Shown here in pieces: positions 20,985-29,348 of a stretch of DNA of 64,000 bases (position 1 is the stretch's first letter; each line of letters begins with the position of its first letter). The notes below the pieces were generated by a model. It had not been told where the DNA came from, did not search any database, and saw nothing but the letters and a program-made list of their open reading frames with translations. Source of the DNA: Nitrospirota bacterium (GTDB taxonomy: Bacteria > Nitrospirota > UBA9217); assembly GCA_963737155.1 (NCBI GenBank), contig CAVTRN010000001.1, forward strand, positions 1-64,000, given 5' to 3'. A program made the position numbers and the translations under genes.

Positions 20985-21308
20985 ATGTCGACATGGATTA
21001 GAAAGAAGAGAGAAGATGGCAGCGGTGGAACTGACATTATATTGTTACCGATCGCTGAACTCATGTTGCCGGCTATGATTCTGCTTGGCCTACTCATAGC
21101 GAGTGGACCCTTTGGGGCGATCCTACTGTCTTGCCTAGGATTCATATTATTCCTTATGGCAAAAGTGTCTCTGCTCGTCAATGGTATCTATATCTCCTGG
21201 GGATCGAAATCAATGTCTCGCGGTTTTCGAGCCTGTTATCGCTTGGGTTATGGGCTTATGATAGTAGGCTTCTTGGCCGCTCTTATTAGCTTGAGTATTG
21301 GCAAATAA
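20985..21308 (+). CDS. Small membrane protein
   Basis: GGAG RBS, three TMs. Confidence 0.65.
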   Translation: MSTWIRKKREDGSGGTDIILLPIAELMLPAMILLGLLIASGPFGAILLSCLGFILFLMAKVSLLVNGIYISWGSKSMSRGFRACYRLGYGLMIVGFLAALISLSIGK

Positions 21309-21507
21309 TATGCGGGGCTCTATCAGATTTAAAACGTAATTAGGGGTCGGATAACTCCGGAACGATGGGTCGGCTTGATCCGGAATACACAGATGTGACA
21401 TGTAGGCGGTATAGCCAAATTGCAACCTACACCCTGAATATTGCTATGGGACCACAGGCTTCAATTGGATATATTGTGAAATCCATTCCGATTACATACA
21501 AAATGGA

Positions 21508-21861
21508 ATGTTAGTCCCTGGTTTCGTTTCGATAATATCTTGTTATAGGGGAATAAGTAAATTGCCTACATGTCCAAACTGTAACAGCAATATCTCTCTT
21601 CTGCAAACAGTGAAGTACTCATCGTGGACTCCGATCATTTGTAATGAATGTAAGTCAAAACTACATTTCGATACAATAAACTATCGAAGAATTACTGTTC
21701 CTCTTCTAATTTTGGTCATTGTGGCTATCAGTTTAAGATTTGTGTTCGCAACAGGCGCGAATATTTCCATAAAAGTCATCGTCTGGGTTTTATTATTTTG
21801 TGCTTTAGTAAAATTTATCTTTGATCTCAAGTCAATAAAGTTGACATTAAAAAGAAAATAA
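21508..21861 (+). CDS. CxxC(20)CxxC-type zinc-ribbon membrane protein
   Basis: CPNC...CNEC plus two TMs (TTG 21562 may be the true start). Confidence 0.6.
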   Translation: MLVPGFVSIISCYRGISKLPTCPNCNSNISLLQTVKYSSWTPIICNECKSKLHFDTINYRRITVPLLILVIVAISLRFVFATGANISIKVIVWVLLFCALVKFIFDLKSIKLTLKRK

Positions 21862-21974
21862 ACAAAACTCTGGTGAATAAAGATAATCTTAAAAGATAAA
21901 AGAGCGACAGTGCATGGGCTAAAAAAAACGTCGTCACCTGCTGGTCGAGTCCATTGCGTAAAAAGGGCGAAGAT

Positions 21975-22418
21975 ATGAGAATGAAACAAAAGAGGATTAT
22001 TTTACTTTTCTGCGTAGCTTCGTTACTTCTTATTTCTGGTATTTCAGGCTACGCAGCAGATAATAATGACGGTCAGGATTGTAAAATGTTCGGAATGATA
22101 GCTAATGATGAGGGATGGTGCGTTCCCGTTATGAAACTGAAAGGGGATCTACAAAAGATATTCGACATCACTGACTGCCATGCGATCTCTGGGTTAACGT
22201 GCAGAATTACATACAATGGGAAATTACCCCTACCAAGCGAAGTTTTCTTCATAGAATTGGACAAGAATGGCAATATCGTCGGGGAAAAAACTCGTTTGAT
22301 ATATCCAAAATTAAAAGCTGGCGAGACAGGATATGCGACTTTTAGATTCAAAAGTGCTTATACAGCTACGATCGTTTTATCTGGGATTTGGAAAGGGCCA
22401 TACATAAACCCATACTAA
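21975..22418 (+). CDS. Secreted hypothetical protein
   Basis: Signal peptide, Cys pairs, followed by an attC-like site. Confidence 0.65.
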   Translation: MRMKQKRIILLFCVASLLLISGISGYAADNNDGQDCKMFGMIANDEGWCVPVMKLKGDLQKIFDITDCHAISGLTCRITYNGKLPLPSEVFFIELDKNGNIVGEKTRLIYPKLKAGETGYATFRFKSAYTATIVLSGIWKGPYINPY

Positions 22419-22474
22419 GCTAACCTATCATTCCACGCTGACTGCTTAACCGCGTGTATAATTCGGCGTTCACA
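22418..22474 (+). repeat. attC-like site (last in the array)
   Basis: AGCTAAC-CTATCATTCCACGCTGACTGC..CGCGTGTATAATTCGGC-GTTCACA. Confidence 0.65.
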
Positions 22475-22707
22475 TGCAATTTCCAAGTAGTAGTCTGCAT
22501 TGATTTATTATCAACGCTACTGCAACCTTGTAGGTGTATCTGAGAATGTCTGCCCATTTTATACTTTGCAGAATTACAGATTGAAGTATGTACTGGCGGG
22601 ATCTGCAGTCAGTGTCCGAAAAATTCGGAATTGATGTCCGAAGCGAATCGGAACGATTGTTCGAACTCGTTTTGAATGGGTGTCCGATCCTATTGGAATA
22701 CGCACTT

Positions 22708-23048
22708 GAAGCAAAATCAACAAACTTCCCTTGAAGTCCGTCAATTTCGGCAGTTCGCATACCCGTGAAGAACCTGACAATATAGTAATCGTGATATTTC
22801 GCGGGCACATGCTTCAGAAACGTTATGACTTCCTCAAGGGCAAGCGGCAAGATAGTCTGTTTAATAATCTTGAGGGGTTTGATATTCAAAAACCTGCGAT
22901 CTATTTTAAATTCCTCGACGGCCTCATTCATAACCATCCGGAATATGACCATGATATTGTTTATCCGGTTATGGCTCATCTTGTTGCCTTTCCTTCCGTT
23001 AAGTTGGCCCAAGCCTGTCCTGAATTGCTTGATCAGACCCACCCTCAT
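22708..23048 (-). pseudogene. Truncated third copy of the tyrosine integrase
   Basis: IKQFRTGLGQLNGRKGNK...YYIVRFFTGMRTAEIDGL..KFVDFA matches the two upstream integrases; arm domain and catalytic C-terminus missing. Confidence 0.85.
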
Positions 23049-23066
23049 TCAACCAAAGCGGCACAT

Positions 23067-23558
23067 TTACCACACTGCCTTCATGGCATCGGGACAAACA
23101 GATCGGTAGGTACACTTGACACAGCTGGACCGAGGATTCCCTCTGGGTGCGGATCTCTTCAAAAGGTGCCAATCCATCTGTTCGGAGATCCATGTGATTC
23201 TCTTAATTGAAGACTGGATAACGGGTGATTCTTTCGTAAACGCAAAACTCTTGTCATTTCCATACCGCAGTTCTGCATTCTTGGCGCCTACGGCCAACAT
23301 CTCTGCCGTAAGTTGCAGGATATCGCTTCTCCGTGCCTTACCACCTATTAAAGCACTCTTATATTCGATCACTTTGTTTCTCTCGACGATATCTGGCTTG
23401 GCGGAGATGCCGTTCTGGTGATCCCGGTATATACGTCTGCTCTTTCCATCCAGATCTTGGCTTTTGATCCAGCCATTGAGCCCCGCGGCCTTACGTTTTC
23501 TCTTAAGATTCACGGATATCATTATTACAGTAATTAGTGCAATAAGAAGAATAAACAT
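23067..23558 (-). CDS. Cas4-like PD-(D/E)XK nuclease, C-terminal part, with N-terminal TM
   Basis: SAKPDIV..VIEYKS..LQL motifs and C-terminal CxxC-x5-C cluster. Confidence 0.75.
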   Translation of the reverse strand: MFILLIALITVIMISVNLKRKRKAAGLNGWIKSQDLDGKSRRIYRDHQNGISAKPDIVERNKVIEYKSALIGGKARRSDILQLTAEMLAVGAKNAELRYGNDKSFAFTKESPVIQSSIKRITWISEQMDWHLLKRSAPRGNPRSSCVKCTYRSVCPDAMKAVW

Positions 23559-23770
23559 ATGATACCTCCGATAGCCAACGCAGTAAGAAGCTTAGCTTGA
23601 TCGCGCTGTACTGACTTTACCCCTTCCGCTTTTGATTTGTGATATGCGACCCCTTTTCGACAATCGCCACTCTTGATCCTCATCCCCTTTGTTTTGTTCA
23701 GATACCACTGCCGTGGGCAATGTTCCCACTGTCCGAACTCCGATGATTTTATAAAACGTTTATTCATCAT
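23534..23770 (-). CDS. Cas4 N-terminal-like small protein with C-terminal TM
   Basis: IKSSEFGQWEHCPRQWYL...KGVAYH (first Fe-S Cys and G..xH motif); start overlaps the integrase stop. Confidence 0.7.
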   Translation of the reverse strand: MMNKRFIKSSEFGQWEHCPRQWYLNKTKGMRIKSGDCRKGVAYHKSKAEGVKSVQRDQAKLLTALAIGGIICLFFLLH

Positions 23771-24956
23771 TGCGTTTATCCTTTCTTTGAATAGGGGTTT
23801 GTTCTGAAAGTTCCGCATTGAGTCTTTTTTCGATAAACATTTCGAAAGCCGATCCATCCTTTCTCGTCAGATTCGGAACGAACTTCGAATAGACCTTAAA
23901 TAGCATCATTGTATTCGCATGTCCAAGCTGACGTGCTATCCATTCGGGGCTTTCCCCTGACGCAATCCATAGGCTGGCTGCAGTATGGCGAGACTGGTAA
24001 GGCGCCCGCGGCGCAAGCCCCGCTTTTTTGAGTGTCGGATACCAAATCCTTCTCGTGATATCATCATGATCCAAGGGCTTTCCGCTTCTAGTGGGAAATA
24101 CGATTTCCCCGTCTCCCGTTATGGTTCTTTGTCGTTTCAAAGCTTCTTCAACTATTGTTGACATCTCGATGTCCCGGCTGGATGATTCCGTTTTAGGCGA
24201 GACCCATTCTCTATTTTCCCAGGTTTCCCTGACATTTATTGTCTTAGCAGCAAAATCGACGTACTTCCATTTTAGCCCATCGATCTCGGCTGTCCTCATT
24301 CCTGTAAAGAACCTGACAACATAGTAGTCATGGTACTTTGCCTTAACATATTTCAGAAACGTGAAGATCTCGTCCATGGAAAGGGGCATGATATCCGGTT
24401 TCCTGGCCTTAAGAGACTTGAGATTCGAGAATGGGTTCTTGATCTCGTATTCTTCCACCGCCTCATTCATAACCATACGTAGTATATCCATGATGTTGTT
24501 TATTCGCGTATTGCCGATCTTCCTTCCCTTTCTTCCATCAAGCTGAGCCAGCGCGGTCCTGAATTCCTTAATCATCCACTTGCTGATTGCTGTTACAGGA
24601 AATCCCATAAAGTACGGGATCAAGTGCCTGTCAAGGGTAGATCTGACGACCCGCTGAAACGAAGGCTTCCAGGATATTTTGTTGTTTTTGTACCAGTTTT
24701 CGGCGTACACAACAAAAACCGCTCCATCGTTCGTCAGGCCGTGTGAGAATTTCTCGGCATTCTCGCTTTTCGGGAAATAGAGGTAATAATCAAATATGCC
24801 GAGGCTGATCTCGCCTTCGATACGTTGCAGGATATCGTTCATCAACTGACGGTTTTTTGATGTGTTCACGAGCGAGGTGTACTCCAAACACCGTATCCCC
24901 TGATATTCAAAATCAAAGTATAGATTGCCGTCTGAATTAACTCCAATCATTCCCAT
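23760..24956 (-). CDS. Tyrosine integrase with arm-binding (DUF3596-like) domain
   Basis: LYFDFEYQGIRC.E, TGMRTAE, PKT, YQSRHTAAS, QLGH..MLFKVY. Confidence 0.92.
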   Translation of the reverse strand: MGMIGVNSDGNLYFDFEYQGIRCLEYTSLVNTSKNRQLMNDILQRIEGEISLGIFDYYLYFPKSENAEKFSHGLTNDGAVFVVYAENWYKNNKISWKPSFQRVVRSTLDRHLIPYFMGFPVTAISKWMIKEFRTALAQLDGRKGRKIGNTRINNIMDILRMVMNEAVEEYEIKNPFSNLKSLKARKPDIMPLSMDEIFTFLKYVKAKYHDYYVVRFFTGMRTAEIDGLKWKYVDFAAKTINVRETWENREWVSPKTESSSRDIEMSTIVEEALKRQRTITGDGEIVFPTRSGKPLDHDDITRRIWYPTLKKAGLAPRAPYQSRHTAASLWIASGESPEWIARQLGHANTMMLFKVYSKFVPNLTRKDGSAFEMFIEKRLNAELSEQTPIQRKDKRNDE

Positions 24957-25111
24957 CAGTACCTGCTCTTTTCTTCAAGGCGACCGGGGACATCGCAACT
25001 CGACATTCACCTTGACTTGCTGGATGCCGGAACTTCAAAGACTGTATTACAGATGCAATTTCATGTTTAACGATTTACATGTCTCCCATATTGCCCATTG
25101 GCCGTTCCTCG

Positions 25112-26392
25112 CTATTTTCGAGGTGACAAACTCCTTCGTATCAACATGATGCCGTCATGACTAGAACGTCCGGTGCTTGAGCTGACTTGATCGTTTGTTT
25201 GGGTCATGCTTCTTATCTCACTTTCTTTGTTATTATTTATCTCTTTCTGCTCAAGCTTTCCATTCAGGAACTTCTCAAAGGCCGACCCGTCCCTTCGCGT
25301 CAGATTCGGGATATATTTCGAATACACCTTAAAGAGCATCGCCGTATTCGCATGGCCAAGCTGACGTGCCACCCATTCCGGGTTTTCCCCAGAGGCAAGC
25401 CACATGCTTGCTGCCGTATGACGGGACTGGTATGGCGCTCTTGGTGCCAGACCGGCTTTAAGGAGCGTCGGATACCATATTCTTCTTGTTACGTCGTCGT
25501 GGTCAAATGGCTTTCCGCTTTTCGTGCGAAACACTAAATCTCCATCACCCGTTATCTCCTTTTGTCTCAGCAAAGCCTCTTCCACGTTTTTTGACATATC
25601 GATATCCCGCACCGAAGTCTCCGTCTTGGGAGAAACCCACTGCCTGTTCTCCCAGGTTTCCCGGACAAGAATTTTTTTGGCTTCAAAATCTATGAACTTC
25701 CATTGGAGACCATCCACTTCGGCTGTTCTCATGCCGGTAAAAAACCTTACAATATAGTAATCACTATATTTCCCAGGCACATGCTCGATGAACTTGAATA
25801 CTTCATGCAGTGAAAGCGGCGAAATGTCCGGCTTTCTCACTTTAAGAGATTTGAGGTTCAAAAAAGGGCTTTCAAACTCGTATTCCTCTGCCGCCTCACT
25901 CATGGCCAGGCGAAAGACCTCCATGATATTGTTGATAGTTTTGTTTCTGATCTTATTACCCTTTCTGCCATCCAGTTGTGCCAGTTCCGTCCTGAATTCC
26001 TTTATCATCCACTTGGTGATTTCTGCTACCGGCTTATCCTTGAAGTACGGTATCAGATGCCTATCAAGGATTGATCGGACACTTCGCTGGAACGACGGCT
26101 TCCATGCTATTTTACTGTTCTGATACCAGGTGTCTGTATACGCTTCAAAGGTCGGCCCGATGATATTTTCCAAGTTTTTGCCAAATTCCTGGGCGTTTGC
26201 GCTCGTGGGGAAATATCGTTTATAGTCAAACATGCCCAGGCTGATCTCACTGTCGATCCTCTTAAGGGTTTCCTTCATTAGCATGGTGTTCTTTCGTGTG
26301 TTTTCAAGACTGGTGTACTCTCTGCACTGCTTGCCCATGTAAGTAAAATCAAAGTAAAGATATCCGGTCTCAGTGCTTCCAATCTTACTCAT
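25112..26392 (-). CDS. Tyrosine integrase with arm-binding (DUF3596-like) domain, paralog
   Basis: Same motif set as 23760..24956; GAGGAG RBS. Confidence 0.92.
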   Translation of the reverse strand: MSKIGSTETGYLYFDFTYMGKQCREYTSLENTRKNTMLMKETLKRIDSEISLGMFDYKRYFPTSANAQEFGKNLENIIGPTFEAYTDTWYQNSKIAWKPSFQRSVRSILDRHLIPYFKDKPVAEITKWMIKEFRTELAQLDGRKGNKIRNKTINNIMEVFRLAMSEAAEEYEFESPFLNLKSLKVRKPDISPLSLHEVFKFIEHVPGKYSDYYIVRFFTGMRTAEVDGLQWKFIDFEAKKILVRETWENRQWVSPKTETSVRDIDMSKNVEEALLRQKEITGDGDLVFRTKSGKPFDHDDVTRRIWYPTLLKAGLAPRAPYQSRHTAASMWLASGENPEWVARQLGHANTAMLFKVYSKYIPNLTRRDGSAFEKFLNGKLEQKEINNNKESEIRSMTQTNDQVSSSTGRSSHDGIMLIRRSLSPRK

Positions 26393-26576
26393 TAGCTTCT
26401 TCTCCTCATGATAGGGTTCTCGTCCCTGTCAGCCTCTGGCAATATTCCAAGCCAGTGCTGTATAATAAAGACTGCTGTTACACTCGATGATGCTTCATGT
26501 ATGATCAGATGATTCATAGCTAGCCTCCTCCTTCTGGTTTTGACAATACATATATATTCCGAACTGGAACATATGA

Positions 26577-27422
26577 CTAACGATAGGACCCTACTTCCGA
26601 TCCTTGATGCCGAAATATTTCAGAGACGGATCTCATTAACCTTTCGATATAATTATTTTTTTGCGACTGGCGTAGATTAGTGGAATACGGGTTTCCCAAC
26701 GTTAGTGTTTTTACCGGTCTTCGCCTAACTAATGTAGACGACCCTCCCTTACTCTTCTTCACAGCTGCCTTATTTATATGGCTTATTTCCGGCAAACTTA
26801 TTGGTACGTCTGGATGCTTGGGAATCTCGATGGCTTTAACTGGGCTACTTGCAGGAACTGGGCGTAGTACTGGTATATTATCTTTTGCTATCGACAAACG
26901 TGGTAATTTCCCCGGCTTTGTTAAAGGCTTAATTTCATCATAAAAATGCCGCGTGTTTACCCAACTCATCAGGTGACCAGCATGATTTATGCAATAAACC
27001 TGGATATCTGTATTGAATTGGGATGATTGTATGTTATTGAGACCAAGAACATCGTGCGACAAATTCCGATCCTGCGTAATCAATGCGATATTATGGTCTT
27101 TACGCAGTCTGGCAATTTCGTTATAGAGGACAAAGTCCGCGAACTCCTCTTTTGTCTCAACCAACTCTGTAACTTGCTGAGTCGTTAGGTTTTTAACGAT
27201 AGATGCAGCTTGTTGGGCATCCCTTCGCGTATCAGGCTCGTTAGAATCAACGTGATCATTTATTTCCTTTGTAACACATTGATATATAAAAAGCTTAGCT
27301 TTGCATTGCTTTAGTACCGAGGGCAGAGTCTTGATAAAAAAAGGCTCCGACCTGGGATTCATCAGACTTGAAGTATCAACGATAACCAGGTACCTGCTTG
27401 CGAGATTTATAAGATTTGCCAA
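26577..27422 (-). CDS. PIN-domain ribonuclease-like protein with low-complexity tail
   Basis: VIVDTSSLM, V.KEI, ADFV, LITQDRNL; GGAAGGAG RBS with TTG start. Confidence 0.75.
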   Translation of the reverse strand: MANLINLASRYLVIVDTSSLMNPRSEPFFIKTLPSVLKQCKAKLFIYQCVTKEINDHVDSNEPDTRRDAQQAASIVKNLTTQQVTELVETKEEFADFVLYNEIARLRKDHNIALITQDRNLSHDVLGLNNIQSSQFNTDIQVYCINHAGHLMSWVNTRHFYDEIKPLTKPGKLPRLSIAKDNIPVLRPVPASSPVKAIEIPKHPDVPISLPEISHINKAAVKKSKGGSSTLVRRRPVKTLTLGNPYSTNLRQSQKNNYIERLMRSVSEIFRHQGSEVGSYR

Positions 27423-27724
27423 TGTAGTAACTCCTTCCTATATCCAAAAGGTTAAGTCAAACAAGCTCCGTGACATACACTGAGTCTCCATTTATTGTCA
27501 ATATGGTCAGCCAGACCAATTAAAGGTACTGGCCAAATGTTTCCGGTTTCGTTTTTATGACTCTCTTGGGTATTTGAAGATGTAGCCTCCTATTTTCAAA
27601 AATATTTAAATATTTATGTTGTTATTTAGAACATAGCAGACATCTTCAAATCTGTCAAGAAATATTTATTGATATATTTAAATAGATATGCTAAACATGG
27701 GGGACTTAACGGGAGGAACACATT

Positions 27725-27892
27725 ATGAGCGATCGAAATACTTTTACGGTAAGAATCAGGCCAGACCTAATGAAATCCATGAAAATGCTCTCGGTGGAAA
27801 AAGATACTACCATGTCCGACTTGATCGAGGATGCTATAGAGGATTATTTGAAGAAAAGCGGAGTGGATATTAAGAAGCAGACAAAGAAGTAA
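27725..27892 (+). CDS. Ribbon-helix-helix DNA-binding protein (absent from ORF track)
   Basis: GGAGG RBS; MSDRNTFTVRIRPDLMKSMKMLSVEKDTTMSDLIEDAIEDYLKK, 55 aa. Confidence 0.8.
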   Translation: MSDRNTFTVRIRPDLMKSMKMLSVEKDTTMSDLIEDAIEDYLKKSGVDIKKQTKK

Positions 27893-27915
27893 TGCGACTA
27901 TTTTTGATATGTTAT

Positions 27916-28036
27916 ACTAGTACACTGTCAAACTAATTTCTGATAGTATTAGATCCTTTCGTCTGTCACCCCGGCTGCTTTTTAGCCGGGATTTACGGAG
28001 GGGGACTATCAACAATTAAGTTAACGGTGTACTAGT
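27916..28036. repeat. ~120-nt imperfect palindrome (REP/MITE-like, possible bidirectional terminator)
   Basis: 32-bp arms 27916-27947 / 28005-28036 (26/32 match) with inner stem CCCGGCT/AGCCGGG, between convergent genes. Confidence 0.6.
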
Positions 28037-28116
28037 GTTTAAATTTATCAATATTATTGACCGGACAAAAAGTCAAACAGTATAGGACTGATCCCGAGAT
28101 GTTCCCTAGATCGATT

Positions 28117-29112
28117 TCATAATGAACCAGCTTTACTTTCCAACAATCCAACGTTTTTTGCATCTTTTACTTGCAGGCTCCTGAAAAATCGGAGAGCGTA
28201 ATAACTTTTAGTGGGCTTCCTAGAAGGATAGATCATGGGTTTTGCTATATCTGGAGGCCGATAATCCTGCTTATTCATAATGCACAACCCAATATGAGAA
28301 TTCCATACAAACAATGGCCATCCTAGTTCAATTTTTACGGTCTCGTACAAATCCTCATAAGATATCAATTTCGCCAGCTCGTCCTTTTCCTTAAACTTAA
28401 TAATTGCTAAGGCTGATCGTTTTTCATCGGCGTTAAGATTATTCCAAGCCATTTGTATTTCATCATTAAAATACGGCTTAACTTTCGATGCGTAAAACAC
28501 ATCAGCAGCTTGACGTGCTAGTTCATTCGGATATTTTGCTTTGACTTTATCCATAATCTTTTTTGCTCCATACATGGTCAGATATGCCGGAATACGCCGC
28601 CATCCAATTTTTTTTAACAATCTTGCATCAACCAACGATTTGCTAGGGTAGAGACGCTTTCTATCATGGTATTTTATTAATACTTCCATATCCTTATCCG
28701 CTCGAGTTGCATGAAGATACCTCAAATCAGCCACAATACTCGCATATTTCTGTGGAGCGTTATTTATGATCCACACCATCCACGATCCGCGAGCGATCTT
28801 ATGTTCATAATGATCGTCAAAGCGTTTCCATGTGCTTTGTTGATAATTATGCAGTTGGTGGCCTATGCGTAAAGTAGCTAAGTGAATCATTTCAGCACAG
28901 GTACCGCCAACCGATATTCTTATGTTAAATTTCTGGTGACGCATGATAGCGCCTGCACGAAATCGCGTACCGCATATTTCACAATGTGCGATAGGGGATT
29001 TTTTATTTAAGCTAACAATGCGCAGCACTTTCCACCCTTTCAGTGCTCTCGCTATGGAAGTAGAATGGGTTATCGACAACATGTTTTTTTTAAATACTTC
29101 GCGTTTGCCCAT
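28117..29112 (-). CDS. Hypothetical basic protein with N-terminal Zn-finger-like motif
   Basis: CEICG...H...VGGTC, 331 aa, GAGG RBS. Confidence 0.65.
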   Translation of the reverse strand: MGKREVFKKNMLSITHSTSIARALKGWKVLRIVSLNKKSPIAHCEICGTRFRAGAIMRHQKFNIRISVGGTCAEMIHLATLRIGHQLHNYQQSTWKRFDDHYEHKIARGSWMVWIINNAPQKYASIVADLRYLHATRADKDMEVLIKYHDRKRLYPSKSLVDARLLKKIGWRRIPAYLTMYGAKKIMDKVKAKYPNELARQAADVFYASKVKPYFNDEIQMAWNNLNADEKRSALAIIKFKEKDELAKLISYEDLYETVKIELGWPLFVWNSHIGLCIMNKQDYRPPDIAKPMIYPSRKPTKSYYALRFFRSLQVKDAKNVGLLESKAGSL

Positions 29113-29348
29113 TTTTCCTCAATACTGACGGAGGGTAATATTCCGACTGGGAAACTGAACTTCTACAGTTGCAACGATAATACTCTGATTCTTCCAGACG
29201 TATTAACGTAGTCGCTCGTTAAAACTTACCCAGAATTCAACTCGGAGTGAGCGGACCATGAGGCGAAAATACCAGAGAAGATGAGTAAAGTCGAACATGA
29301 TAGACCTGGACTCGAGATGTTCCTACCCCAAGATGTTCATAAAAGTAT

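Noticed and set aside
23760-26392. Integrases as the integron integrase of the array
   Set aside because: They have phage-type arm-binding N-termini, no visible IntI-specific insertion, and lie downstream of the cassettes.
22418-26600. CRISPR-Cas locus suggested by the Cas4-like genes
   Set aside because: No repeat-spacer array or cas1/cas2 seen anywhere in the window.
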